DNA of 64,000 bases from Eledone cirrhosa (GCA_964016885.1 OZ024741.1:312666001-312730000); one strand, 5' to 3'; shown: positions 1 to 14,251, counted from the stretch's first letter. Made by a program: numbers and translations. The notes: generated by a model not told the origin, from the letters alone.

Positions 1-750
1 CAGAAACTAATTAGTTGGAGTGAAAATTTAAGTAAGTAAGTTAAAATTTAAAAAAAAAAACTTTTTTTAAAGGATTTTCTTATTTTACGTCTTCTATATT
101 ATTGTTCTGCATCCTCCTGCATTGAACCACCTAGGTACTATGACATAACCTGTGTATTTGCTGGCATTAGCGTACATCTGTGCGCTTATGTTAGTTGATA
201 TATTAAATTATCTATATTTATCTCCAAATCACTGATTTGTCGAGCAAACCTGCCAAAACCACTTCTAAATTTTTTTGGGGGTGTTAGTAGGCGTCTGTCA
301 TCTTACCATCCCATTCCTACTGACTAGCCTCTGTGTCACGTGATTGATTCTTTAGAATCGGCCATTTGACTAGAGGCAGTGAGGATTTCAGTGCATGGAA
401 TTTAGTCCCCGCTAGCTGTTCCATCTACCGAATTATTATTATTTTTATATGATCCCCCAGTGTCCGCGCATTGCCTGGAGACTTAGCTGAGAATAGACTC
501 CCTGATGACGCAATGAATTCTCGACAGTTAGATTACGTAACTCTCTTTATCCCATTGCTGAAACTAATTAGTTGGAGTGAAAATTAAAAAAAAAAAACTT
601 TTTTTAATGGATTTTCTTATTTTACGTCTTCTATATTATTGTTCTGCATCCTCCTGCATTGAACCACCTAGGTACTATGATATAACCTGTGTATTTGCTG
701 GCATTAGCGTACATCTGTGCGCTTATGTTAGTTGATATATTAAATTATCT
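1..750 (+). repeat. Tandem non-coding repeat family D (~557-bp unit) carrying an HHR; ends in (TA)n
   Basis: GAAACTAATTAGTTGGAGTG and the following ~190 bp at position 3 recur at 560; a homologous sequence lies at 15617-16290. Confidence 0.85.
497..578 (+). ncRNA. Type I hammerhead ribozyme with extended stem II (family D)
   Basis: ACTCC-CTGATGA-c-GCAATG...CATTGC-t-GAAA-CTAATTAG-TT-GGAGT: stem I, canonical core, palindromic stem III, GUU site. Confidence 0.8.
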
Positions 751-751
751 A

Positions 752-844
<93 letters not shown>

Positions 845-883
845 ATATATATATATACATATATGTATATATATATATATACA

Positions 884-977
<94 letters not shown>

Positions 978-1001
978 TGTATATATATATATACATATAT
1001 G

Positions 1002-1030
<29 letters not shown>
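751..1030. repeat. (TA)n microsatellite, representative of dozens of TA/CA/TC/TAA arrays (e.g. 1774-2100, 10210-10773, 12870-13037, 13948-14010, 14170-14246)
   Basis: Direct reading; source of the spurious YIYI ORFs. Confidence 0.99.
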
Positions 1031-1032
<2 letters not shown>

Positions 1033-1770
1033 TACAATTTAAAAAAATATGATCAACACTAATGTGTTTTTGCAAAGTAACAATAATTTTTTAGCCAGAT
1101 AGAAATACCTTAATTCAAGTACATATAGTCCGCCTGTATCGATCTAGAGCATATTAAATCTATACTTACAGACGTAAAATGGCAACTGCCTGGTGCCTAG
1201 ACAAGTTTAAATTTCAAAATTCAAACCTCTTCAGCAGATCGGGCGGAACTTCAAAGCACAACCCTGTTTCACAAGGGATGGTAAACTAATGAAATAATTA
1301 ATTAATTACAGAACAACTATTTATAAAATAATTATTAGTGAAGTAATGAATTTTATGTGATTTTCAATAGCACCCAGAAATTATAGTTATTTCTCCTAAG
1401 ATAATAATCTTAAGACTGATCTGTCGCAAGCCTAATACATGTGCTTTTGCACACGACCTTCTCAGCATTCTGGCTCATATCCATGGCGCTAGAAATAACA
1501 GCCGTAAATATGGGATTATAAATTCAGCTCTACCTAAGGAGCAGATTTATTTCAATTCAGAAGTCAAATACAATTCTTAAGCTCTAAGAAAATATTTCTG
1601 AACATTACATTACAATTTAAAAAAATATGATCAACACTAATGTGTTTTTGCAAAATGACAATAATTTTTTAGCCAGATAGAAATACCTTAATTCAAGAAC
1701 ATATAGTCCGCCTGTATCGATCTAGAAAATATTAAATATTAAATCTATACTTACAGATCTAAAATGGCAA

Positions 1771-1773
<3 letters not shown>
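1031..1773 (-). repeat. Tandem non-coding repeat family A (578-bp unit, ~1.3 copies), bounded by (TA)n
   Basis: ATTACAATTTAAAAAAATATGATCAACAC at 1031 and 1609; colinear similarity to family B at 10774-12361. Confidence 0.85.
1192..1374 (-). ncRNA. Expanded type I hammerhead ribozyme with U3-A8 core (family A)
   Basis: Minus strand GGTGCTA-TTGAAAA-tCA...TGt-GAAA-C[long imperfect hairpin]G-TC-TAGGCACC; same layout as family B. Confidence 0.65.
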
Positions 1774-1806
<33 letters not shown>

Positions 1807-1833
1807 ACATATGTATATATATATATATGTATA

Positions 1834-1878
<45 letters not shown>

Positions 1879-2209
1879 TTATATATATATATGTATATAT
1901 ATGTATATACATGTATATATATATATATGTATATATATGTAAATATATATATATATATACATATGTATATATATGTATATATATATATACATATGTATAT
2001 ATATGTATATATATATACATACATATGTAGATATATGTAAATATATATATATATATATACATATATGTATATATATATATATATATATATACATATATAT
2101 AAAAACAAATAACTCTATGCAAATTAGTCTGCCCACTACTAATTTTCATAGAAAAAGCATATAATGATATGTGCTTTTACGATTCTCTAGAGAGGCCGGA
2201 AGATAGGTA

Positions 2210-2254
2210 AATATTGCTGATGAGTTGTAACAACAACGAAACTAGTTCAATATT
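2210..2254 (+). ncRNA. Minimal type I hammerhead ribozyme
   Basis: AATATTG-CTGATGA-GTTGT-aaca-ACAAC-GAAA-CTAG-TT-CAATATT: 7-bp stem I, perfect core; lies in a ~370-bp island between (TA)n arrays. Confidence 0.9.
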
Positions 2255-2470
2255 CCTTGTCTGGCTTTCTGGAGAATAGAGGAAAGGTGTTTCCTCAAAA
2301 ACCAGTATGACTCTAAAAGCCGGTTTGTCTGTGTGTTTACATACAGAATAGCTGGCCACTCACAGTAAAGTGACCAGTGAAAAAACTTGGTACATCTACA
2401 TATGTATACGTGTGTGTATTCATATACATACTAGTATTTCAGTATACATATATGGATGTACATCTTTAAC

Positions 2471-2504
<34 letters not shown>

Positions 2505-2506
<2 letters not shown>

Positions 2507-5500
2507 ATCTAAGGCGGGTAAAATTGCCGAGATCCATGGACGAGTTCTGTCTGTCCCTCATTATCGCTGCCATATCCTGCATCTCCAAAATACCAGTGTC
2601 TGTCCTTAGGGCATCAACATATGTTAACCTTGGTCTTCCTCTTCTAGTGTGTCCATGTAGGGGCTCCCAAAGGAGGACTGAGTGCAATGTCAACTCTGGA
2701 TGTCGGTGAGCATGTCCAGCCAACCTCAGTCTCCTCTGTGTCACTTTTGAGCTGACTTTTGGGATGCTCCCATACAGCTCTGAGTTTTTCATCCTCAGTG
2801 TATACTGATTAATGTTCAGAGCCATCCTCAGCATTCTTGTGTAGCACCCATCCACCATCTGAGTGAGTCTCTTGGTCAGTGTCCAAGTCTAAGACCCACA
2901 CAGCAGCACAGACTCCACTACAGCAATGAAGAGGCGGATTTTCAGGTCTTCACGAAGGTCCGACTCCCACACCGATCTCAAGCTGTGGCACGCCGCCCCG
3001 GCTTTGCTCTTCCTCTCAACCACATCATCTTCCGTATTCCCAATCTTTGCTCCCAAATACAGGAAGTCCTCAACCAATTCCAGCGGCTTCCCGCCTACAT
3101 TAGTGATCCCCTCTGGCTTCTCAACATTCTCTACCAGATATTTTGTTTTAGTCTCATTCATTCTCAGCCCCACACTCATCGACACAGTCTCAACCTCCCG
3201 CATGAAATCCTCTGCCTCCTTCACTGTATTTGTCACCAAAACTATGTCGTCAGCAAATTCAGCATCCGATACCTTTTTCGCCCCAACTCTCCTGCTCTGA
3301 GCCGGTGCTACAGTAAAGCCAGAGTCCTGGTGTTTCTCCAGTGCAAGGCGCATACAATAGTCCACTACGATGATAAAAAGGTAGGGAGTCAATGTATCTC
3401 GCTGGAGCACTCCAGCCTGTATCTCAAAGAACTCTGTCATCCCATCAGGTGTAATGACTTGGGCTTTGGTGTTGGTGTAGAGCAGTGATATCAGGTCCAC
3501 TATCCTCTTGGGGATTCCATAAGCCTGTAAGATCTTCATCAGGCAGTAACGATCCACAGAATCAAAGGCCTTCCTAAAGTCAATGAAAACCATGACCGCA
3601 GGTAGGCACTTTGCTCTAGCTCCCTGTAATATCCTCCTTAGCATCAGGATGTGACTGGTGGTTGATCTTACCTCTCTGAAGCCGTTCTGGTTGTCCCTGA
3701 GCTTCTTCTCCATCTCAGGCTGGATCCTGTTAAGAATCATCCTGTTGAGGGTATTTTCCACAAGTGACGTCAGTGAGATCCCCCGGTAGTTGTTGGTGTT
3801 AGAGAGATCTCCCTTCTTTGGCACTGGGACGATGTTACTGATCCTCCACTGATTCGGGGCAACTCCTTTCTCCAGTGCCCCGTTACAGAACCCCAGGATG
3901 ATATCATCAAAATCACACCTCTTCATCACCTCTGATGCCACTCCATCTTCTCCATGAGCCTTGCCCTCCTTGATCTTCTTCTTGGCTCTCTGAAGCTCCT
4001 CTCTGGTGAAGGGCTCTGTCTCAACATCCAGTTCCTCAAACAGCCGCCTGATCTCCCCAGTGCTCTGGGCTGTGGAGGGTGGCTCTCCTAGTAGGGTCCT
4101 AAAATGGTCTAGCCATTTCCTCTTCCTATCCTCGGGCCCCGTTCCCTGGATCTGACTCGAACACCTTTTCTTCCTCCCTGTGATCTCGTTGATGATCTTC
4201 CAGCTCTCCTTACATCCAGATCTGTCAACCGCTCTCTCCACACTTCTGATCTTCTCTATCAGAGCCTCCTCTCTGACCTCAGTGTAAGCGGTACAGAGCT
4301 CTTCCCTCATCACCTCCACAGTCTCCATCCTCTCCTCCGTAGGATCAGCATAGAATTGGTCCCTGGCAGATTTCAGGTGTTCTCTGGCTGCACACACTTT
4401 TGGGTTTGCAGAGCTGACGTGCTTCTCTTTGTTCTTTTTCCTCGGCACCAGGGTTTCACTTGCTTTCGCCACTGCATTGATGAAGTGCCCGTACCTCCTC
4501 GTCACACTCTCCTCAGTCCATCCAATCTCTCTCTCCTCTGACTCTCCACACAGAGCACTAAACCTGTTTCTCACTTCCACTGTGAACCACTCGTGTAGCT
4601 TATCATCTTCCTTGAAAGCTCCCCAGTCATAGATTGTTCTCCGAGGCTGAGCCTTGCTCTTTCTTAAGCTCACGCGGACCTCACTCATAACAAGCCGGTG
4701 GTCACTACCCAGTGTACTGAAATAGCTGTATGGTTCCGTGTTCAGAACACTATTCCGCCACTTTTTCCTCACCAGAATGAAATCAATCTGGGACTTGGAC
4801 AGGTGCATATCTGAGATGTAGGTCCACATCTTCCCCAGATTCTTCCTAAATCTTAGGTTGGTCGCCATCAAGTTCGCCTCCAGCAGTGTGTCTCTCAGTA
4901 GTTTTCCATTTCGGTTGGTGTTGTTATGGAAGTACCAGCAAGGATCTTCACTGCCCTCCTTACTCAGATGTGCATTGAAGTCCCCCAAAACAAGCAGGAT
5001 ATTGTGTGCCTGAGTGGTGTTGACAGCTCTACACACCTCCTCATGGAACTCCTCGGCATTCACATCACTGTCCCCCTCGGTTGGACTATAGGCTGAGATG
5101 ACTGTCAGTCTTGGGTTTCCATTGAAGGTAACCCTCAACACTCGCGGGGAGATAGGCATTATTTCCCTCACCAACAGATTGGTTCTTGCACTGAACACAA
5201 AACCCACTCCTCCTACTGCAGCATTTGTTGTGTTCTTCACTGCCGATGTAGTGATGAGCTGGCTCTTCCTCCCGATCATCACACTCCTCACGGGCTCATC
5301 GTGTAGAATCCTGTGTTCTTGGATCGCAAGTATCTGTATACCACTCTCCTCGAACAGATGTCCCAACTCCTCTCTCTTCTCCAGCGTTCGAATAGTCCTC
5401 ACATTCAAAGTGCCCATTTTGATGGCTCTTCTGCCGAACAAAACTGCATTCTTTATATTTGTCTCAGAGACAGCTGATCCATCATCCACTGGCCCTCTCT

Positions 5501-5594
5501 GTGGCTCTAAGCCAGCAGAGTCATAACGACCAGGCTGCTCCTTGACAGTGTAATTAGGGGCTCTAACCCTAGTGCTGTTAGATCAACTCTCCAT
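2505..5594 (-). pseudogene. RTE ORF (APE endonuclease + reverse transcriptase) broken by two nonsense codons
   Basis: Motifs TLNVRT, IQEH, AYSPT, GDFNA, SDH, YRGISL, QNGFR, FIDFRKAFDSV, FADD; in-frame ATG at 5594 with TGA at codon 4; TAG at 2889-2891 in frame with ORF 2505-2858. Confidence 0.9.
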
Positions 5595-5800
5595 ATTTCT
5601 TTTCAATGGCTGACAATACCTTACCGGCGCCACTCGAATAAGGTAGTTATTTAACCCATAAATGGAGCCCTAACAGGTACTACCACAGCGGGCCAGAGCA
5701 GACCTGGGAGTCATGACAACTAAGGGGTAACTCCACATTCCCCACATCTCCTGAACTCCCGAACTGGAGCCTTGATGTAGTTTAATGTCATACCCAGGAC
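2505..5800 (-). mobile_element. RTE-clade non-LTR retrotransposon, near full length, flanked by (TA)n
   Basis: Single APE+RT reading frame plus ~200-bp 5-prime UTR; C-terminus RRLRLAGHAHRH...RGRPRLTYVD typical of RTE. Confidence 0.9.
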
Positions 5801-6078
5801 ATATATATGTATATATATATATATACATATATGTATATTTTTAGACATATATGTTTATATATATATTTCGTTTCTGAATTTGTTTAGCAAGATTCTTTTT
5901 CTGAAATCGTGTGTTGAAACCGATATTGTTATACTTTGTGATGGTCATGTTGCCAATAAGAAACACACGCACCAGTTGCTTTCACTTCAATTTATTATAA
6001 TAAATTTATAATAAATTTATAAATTTATAAATTTCTGGTTGGTTGGTTGGTTCCACAACCAGATAGTTGTTTATATAT

Positions 6079-6123
6079 AGTCATAGTTCTTTCGTCACAC
6101 ACTCTGTGACCTCTTCAGTGACT
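6079..6123 (-). ncRNA. Minimal HHR in PLE1 pseudo-LTR
   Basis: AGTCA-CTGAAGA-g-GTCACA-gagtg-TGTGAC-GAAA-GAAC-TA-TGACT. Confidence 0.88.
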
Positions 6124-6324
6124 GGGGATTCCTTTCTTTGTTTCTGTGCCTCTCCTTTGTTCTGTCCTACGCCATTTTGTTTCTGTGTGTGAGGTTGTGT
6201 GCTCAGTCTGTGCATGCGCCACATCCGGGTGTCTGTGTGTGTTTATGTTCATTTATTTATTTGTTTATTTACATGTTACTGGTTGGTTGTTTGTTCTATG
6301 TGTGTGTGTGTTTTCATTTTGTCC

Positions 6325-8965
6325 TTAATTGTAAGTTGTGATGTTGCTGTTCCACTCATATTTTCTATTTAATTTTGGTTGTAATTCTTTTATGTTTATA
6401 GCTTCTGTAATTTGTCTAAACATTGCGTCTTTTCTGTGTGTAGATTCTATTTTTATTTCTATGTTCTCTAATTTACCCTTGTGTTCTATTTTAGCATGTT
6501 GGTAGAGTACAGATGATTCTTTGTTATCTTGAAGGTCTCGCCAGTGTTCAATTATCCGTTCCCCTACACTACGGGCTGTCTCACCTATGTACACTATATT
6601 TTTGTCTCTACATTGTCCTTCAGTACATCTTATGCTATACACTACACTTCTAGTTTTACAGTTAATATGGGGGCTTATTTTACAGGTTATACATTTCTCA
6701 TCTATACATGAGGGTCTTTGAAAAGGGTATGTCTTGCTAATAAGTGTTTTTACGGAGGTACCTGGTCTTTCTACTATCTTAATATTGAGTTTATGTTTAT
6801 TTAGGGCCCTTCTAAATTTGTAAGCTAGTTCACCTCTAGGGGTTGTATCGATGAACATTACACTCTGGTATTTATTGCTAGCATACCATGAGTTTATTCT
6901 ATTAGCCTTGTTCCTAGTTCTTTCTATTCTATTCCAAAATTTGCTCCTATATAAGGGGCAGGTCCCATTTATGTCATTATTTACCATTTTTTCCCATTTG
7001 GTTCTGGCTCCTCTATACACTCTGATTTTATCTCTCTGATTGTATCCAGAGAACTGCATACGGTGGATGAAGTGTTGTATGTGTCTCTCTAGTTCTTCGG
7101 GGTTGCACATGCGGGACACATTTCTCATCACCCGTACCAAATCCGCAATCAGTATGTTGATTTTGGTATGGTCCGAAACGGCCGAGTTTCGGTGGATCAG
7201 ATGTTTGGAAGTCATGGGTTTGGCATAATGGGAATGGAGGATTTGTTTTTTGTTGTTAATGGTATCTAACCAGAGCTCTGTGTCTATTACAGGTAATCGA
7301 TGGTTGGGGTGTTTACTTGGGTAGTCTATAGTAACTCTAATGCTCTGGTGGATGGAGTTTGCTATTTGCTGGATGCTTTCCATTGTGTTTTTCTCTAGTT
7401 CCTGACTGTTCTCTAGTGGGGGTGTCTTAACTACGATGTTTATATCATCTACGTAGCGGGAGTACATTATCAGGGTTAAGGGGTCTTCTAATTGTTCTTT
7501 AAGTTTAAGTTTAAGTCTACTGTCCCACCATACCATGAATAAGTTAGCTATGTCGCTTGCAATGCTAACACCAATGGCTGCTCCTTCCTCTTGGGCATAT
7601 GTTTTTCCATTAAATTTGAACATATGTTCCTTAAGGGTTGGTTTTATGCTGGCCCCTACCGCATGTGCAATCATTTTCTTCAGTTCATCGTGGTTTTCGG
7701 GTGTCCGTATGGCTCTGGTCCATCCGTTCCATCTATCTGTGTTTGTTTTCTTGGCCATTGAGGTAATGGTAGTTGGTCTGCCTCTTGCTGGTCTTGTAGG
7801 GCACAGGTTGCTAAGGTCATTTGTGTCTAGGTAATTATTACTATAGGTAAGCCTAAGTAGGAGTCCCAGCTCACTGGTATGAATCCCACGGAACACAACC
7901 TTGCTCTCACTGATCATTTCTACGCATTTCTCCACAGCAAAATCCACGTCAATAGATGGATACAGGGACACAACATCCATACTGCCTATTATGCGGTTTG
8001 TTAGGTCCCCAGATCGGTTACTCACGCTGATTCTGCTGAGGAGGTCCTCCGTGCTGTCACATACATCTGAGGACATTTCAATGATGGGGCGTATAATCAG
8101 GGAGAGGAAGTAGAACAGTTTGTAGTTACTAGCAATGTTAGCTCCACAGACTGGCCGTGTTGATGGTCCCGCGACAGGGTCACAGCCCGTTTTATGGTCT
8201 TTTCGAAGCCCATACAACGCCGGCACGTCATTGTTCCAGGCCTGGAAGTTGTTGGCAGTCCTTTCGTTTGGCTGCATTATATTCGTCCACATCACCATAT
8301 GGGCATTGAGGGCTTTTTCTCTATCCTGATGCTCCTGTGGTGTTACCTCTCTTGTGTTAGTGATGTGGGGTTGCATTGCCTGGATGTAGTTTGGCAGGCT
8401 GTCAACCGACGTTCTGCCAGACTTGTCTGTTGGAAAGCATGCTATCTCTCCATTACGTGAGCGCTGCATGAGCTTACGCAAGCCATTTGCAGATTTTTCT
8501 CCCAGTTGCTGGGCCTCAATTCTATTATGCTTCTTGCGATATTGTTCTATAATATTTCTAAGTTCGGATCTAGCTATACTAAATTGTGCTTCTGTTTGTT
8601 CATCGACCTGCGACGGCAATTGCGTGCGTTTGTTAAATGGTAAAGTCGTGGCGTAGACTCGTCGCAGGTCGAATGATTTATCGGAGGGATTATAAAACGT
8701 AGAGTTCCAGGCTGCTGCTTTATGTGTACTAATGCTATTGTTATTGTTAGTTGTGTTGTTTCTATTTCTATTTCCACCAACAACCTCATGGTTGTTTCTA
8801 TGTCTCTCACAATTACTCCTGTCTCTTTCCACTGGCTCATTGTTGTTATCTACCCTATTTTGTGTGAGTGTGTGTTCGTCTTGGTTATTCTCTTTGTCCT
8901 TAGTCTCCCTTCTCTTTTTAATCCTATTACTTTCCCTTATTTCTGTGATTTCTGTGCTACTGTCA
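6325..8965 (-). CDS. Penelope-like reverse transcriptase + GIY-YIG endonuclease (5-prime truncated)
   Basis: TDKSG, LYGLRKDHK, RPV, MDVVSLYPSI, RYVDDI, CxxC, VVYSIRC...YIGETAR; frame stays open upstream of the tracked GTG (8832) to the inversion junction. Confidence 0.9.
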
Positions 8966-10009
8966 TGACAGTAGCAACATACTGATTGCGGATTTGGTAC
9001 GGGTGATGAGAAATGTGACCCGCATGTGCAACCCCGAAGAACTAGAGAGACACATACAACACTTCATCCACCGTATGCAGTTCTCTGGCTACAATCAGAG
9101 AGATAAAATCAGAGTGTATAGAGGAGCCAGAACCAAATGGGAAAAAATGGTAAATAATGACATAAATAGGACCTGCCCCTTGTAAAGGAGCAAATTTTGG
9201 AATAGAATAGAAAGAACTAGGAACAAGGCTAATAGAATAAACTCATGGTATGCTAGCAATAAATACCAGAGTGTAATGTTCATCGATACAACCCCTAGAG
9301 GTGAATTAGCTTACAAATTTAGAAGGGCCCTAAATAAACATAAACTCAATATTAAGATAGTAGAAAGACCAGGTACCTCCTTACAAACACTTATTAGCAA
9401 GACATACCCTTTTCAAAGACCCTCATGAATAAATAAGAAATGTATAACCTGTAAAATAAGCCCCCATATTAACTGTAAAACTAGAAATGTAGTGTATAGC
9501 AAAAGATGTACTGAAGGACAATGTAGAGACAAAAATATAGTGTACATAGGTGAGACAGCCCGTAGTGTAGGGGAACGGATAAATGAACACTGGCGAGACC
9601 TTCAAGATAACAAAGAATCATCTGTACTCTACCAACATGCTAAAATAGAACACAAGGGTAAATTAGAGAACATAGAAATAAAAATAGAATCTACACACAG
9701 AAAAGACGCAATGTTTAGACAAATTACAGAGGCAATAAACATAAAAGAATTAAAACCAAAATTAAATAGAAAATATGAGTGGAACAGCAACATCACAACT
9801 TACAATTAAGGACAGAATGAAAACACACACGCACATAGAACAAACAACCAACCAGTAACATGTAAATAAACAAATAAATAAATGAACATAAACACACACA
9901 GACTCCCGGATGTGGCGCATGCGCAGACTGAGCACACAACACACAAACAGAAATAAAATGGCGTAGGACAGAACAAAGGAGAGGCACAGAAACAAAGAAA
10001 GGAATCCCC

Positions 10010-10054
10010 AGTCACTGAAGAGGTCACAGAGTGTGTGACGAAAGAACTATGACT
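10010..10054 (+). ncRNA. Minimal HHR in the inverted PLE1 pseudo-LTR
   Basis: Same motif as 6079-6123 on the opposite strand. Confidence 0.88.
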
Positions 10055-10270
10055 ATATATAAACAACTATCTGGTTGTGGAACCAACCAACCAACCAGAA
10101 ATTTATAAATTTATAAATTTATTATAAATTTATTATAATAAATTGAAGTGAAAGCAACTGGTGCGTGTGTTTCTTATTGGCAACATGACCCTCCCAAAGT
10201 ATAACAATATATATATATATATACATATATGTATATATATACATATATATATATGTATATATATATATAC

Positions 10271-10357
<87 letters not shown>

Positions 10358-10383
10358 CATATATGTATAAATATATGTATATA

Positions 10384-10447
<64 letters not shown>

Positions 10448-10995
10448 TGTATATATATATATTTACATATATATACATATGGATATATATATATATATAC
10501 ATATATATACATATGTATATATATATATATATTTACATATATATACATATATATACATATATATACATATATATACATATATATATATAAATATATATAC
10601 ATATATATATAAATATACATATATATACATATATATATATATACATATGTATACATATATATATATATATACATATATATACATATATATATATATATAT
10701 ACATATATATATACATATACATATATACATATATATACATATATATACACACATATATATATATATATATATATTATATTATATTTTGAGAATAAACTCT
10801 CAGTCGTTTACAATAATTGAGCTCCAGGAAGGGGCTCTTCCGAGCAGTTACATTTAAAATATATGATAAACACGAAATGTGTTTAAATTGCAACAGACAA
10901 AGTTAGCTATTAATGAAATAAACTAATTAAAGTAAATACAATTTGTCTGTCTTGATATAAGTCAATAAAGACAAGCTTATATTGGCAACGGCAAT

Positions 10996-11173
10996 GATTT
11001 CTGGACATATTTAAATTTCAAAATTCAAATCTGGTTCTGTAGACGAATTTGAACCTCGAAACCCAAATAAGTTTCGCAACGGTGGAATGTGATTTGAAAA
11101 ATAAAGAGAATCGAAATGGAGTAGAAATAAAAGAGTGAAATATCCAGATCTTCTGTGCTTATCAACAGGAATC
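10996..11173 (-). ncRNA. Expanded type I HHR with U3-A8 core (family B, copy 1)
   Basis: Minus strand GATTCCTG-TTGATAA-GCA...TGC-GAAA-C[long hairpin]G-TC-CAGAAATC (one stem I mismatch). Confidence 0.75.
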
Positions 11174-11549
11174 CAGTAAAATTAGACTATCTCACATCAA
11201 AAATTTTGCAGGTCTGACTACACGTGTGCAGGCAGGCCAAAACTAGCTATCCGGCATTCACGGTGCTAGAAATAACAGCCGCTTATGCAGGATTAAGGAT
11301 CAGCTCATACAATAACGGAGCTATACATTATATTATATTTTGAGAATAATCTCTCAGTCGTTTACAATAATTAAGCTCCAGGAAGGGACTCTTCCGAGCA
11401 GTTACATTTAAAATATATGATAAACACGAAATGTGTTTATATTGCAACAGACAAAGTTAGCTATTAATGAAATAAACTAATTAAAGTAAATACAATTTGT
11501 CTGTCTCGATATAAGTCAATAAAGACAAGCTTATATCGGCAACGGCCAT

Positions 11550-11726
11550 GATTCCTGGACATATTTAAATTTCAAAATTCAAACCTGTTCTGTAGACGAA
11601 TTTGAACATCGAAACCCAAATAAGTTTCGCAACGGTGGAATGTGAATTGAAAAATAAAGAGAATCGAAATGGAGTAGAAATAAAAGAGTGAAATATCCAA
11701 ATCTTCTGTGTTTATCAACAGGAATC
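11550..11726 (-). ncRNA. Expanded type I HHR with U3-A8 core (family B, copy 2)
   Basis: Perfect 8-bp stem I GATTCCTG/CAGGAATC, TTGATAA core, GAAA, long stem III, GUC site; first stem II pair mutated. Confidence 0.75.
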
Positions 11727-12357
11727 CAGTAAAATTAGACTATCTCACATCAAAAATTTTGCAGGTCTTACTACACGTGTGCAGGCAGGCCAAAACTAGC
11801 TATCCGGCATTCACGGTGCTAGAAATAACAGCCGCTTATGCAGGATTAAGGATCAGCTCATAGAATAAAGGAGCTATACATTATATTATATTTTGAGAAT
11901 AAACTCTCAGTCGTTTAGAATAATTAAGCTCCAGGAAGGGGCTCTTCCGAGCAGTTACATTTAAAATATATGATAAACACGAAATGTGTTTATATTGCAA
12001 CAGACAAAGTTAGCTATTAATAAAATAAACTAATTAAAGTAAATACAATTTGTCTGTCTCGATATAAGTCAATAAAAACAAGCTTATATTCAACTCCATT
12101 TCGATTCTCTTTATTTTTCAATTCACATTCCACCGTTGCGAAACTTATTTGGGTTTCGAGGTTCAAATTCGTCTACAGAACAGGTTTGAATTTTGAAATT
12201 TAAATATGTCCAGGAATCATGGCCGTTGCCAATATAAGCTTGTCTTTATTTACTTATATCGAGACAGACAAATTGTATTTACTTTAATTAGTTTATTTCA
12301 TTAATAGCTAACTTTGTCTGTTGCAATATAAACACATTTCGTGTTTATCATATATTT

Positions 12358-12428
<71 letters not shown>

Positions 12429-12440
12429 TTCATATATGTA

Positions 12441-14013
<1,573 letters not shown>

Positions 14014-14164
14014 ATCAAAAGATGGTTAAATGAGTCCCATGTATTTTATTATGCGCATTTCAAAAAAATATCATCATGCAATAACATTTGTGTTTTCATC
14101 AGATAAAATAGGAGGACATGATATGAAGGTTAAAAACACTTGTGGATAGTGCACTTTTAATCAA

Positions 14165-14245
<81 letters not shown>

Positions 14246-14251
<6 letters not shown>

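Larger units (their letters stand above)
5865..10210 (-). mobile_element. Penelope-like element PLE1: ORF plus pseudo-LTR with a 1.23-kb inverted partial copy
   Basis: 8976-10210 is the reverse complement of ~5923-7158 with a few substitutions; 58-nt tail 5865-5922 present only on the ORF-bearing copy. Confidence 0.93.
10774..12361 (-). repeat. Tandem non-coding repeat family B (~553-bp unit, ~2.4 copies) plus inverted partial copy 12093-12361
   Basis: Unit restarts at ~10774, 11327 and 11880; 12093-12361 is the reverse complement of part of the unit; (TA)n on both sides. Confidence 0.92.

Noticed and set aside
689-1075. YIYI, CVCV, THTH and LSLS ORFs here and throughout the window
   Set aside because: Translations of dinucleotide microsatellites that lack stop codons
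1488-1500. GCTAGAAATA resembling the Cas9 sgRNA scaffold
   Set aside because: Only a 10-nt match, with no repeat-spacer array or cas genes, in eukaryotic context
11243-11322. Twister-like reading of the family B stem-loop on the minus strand
   Set aside because: Loop length and conserved residues do not fit twister, and the fit is not maintained in family A
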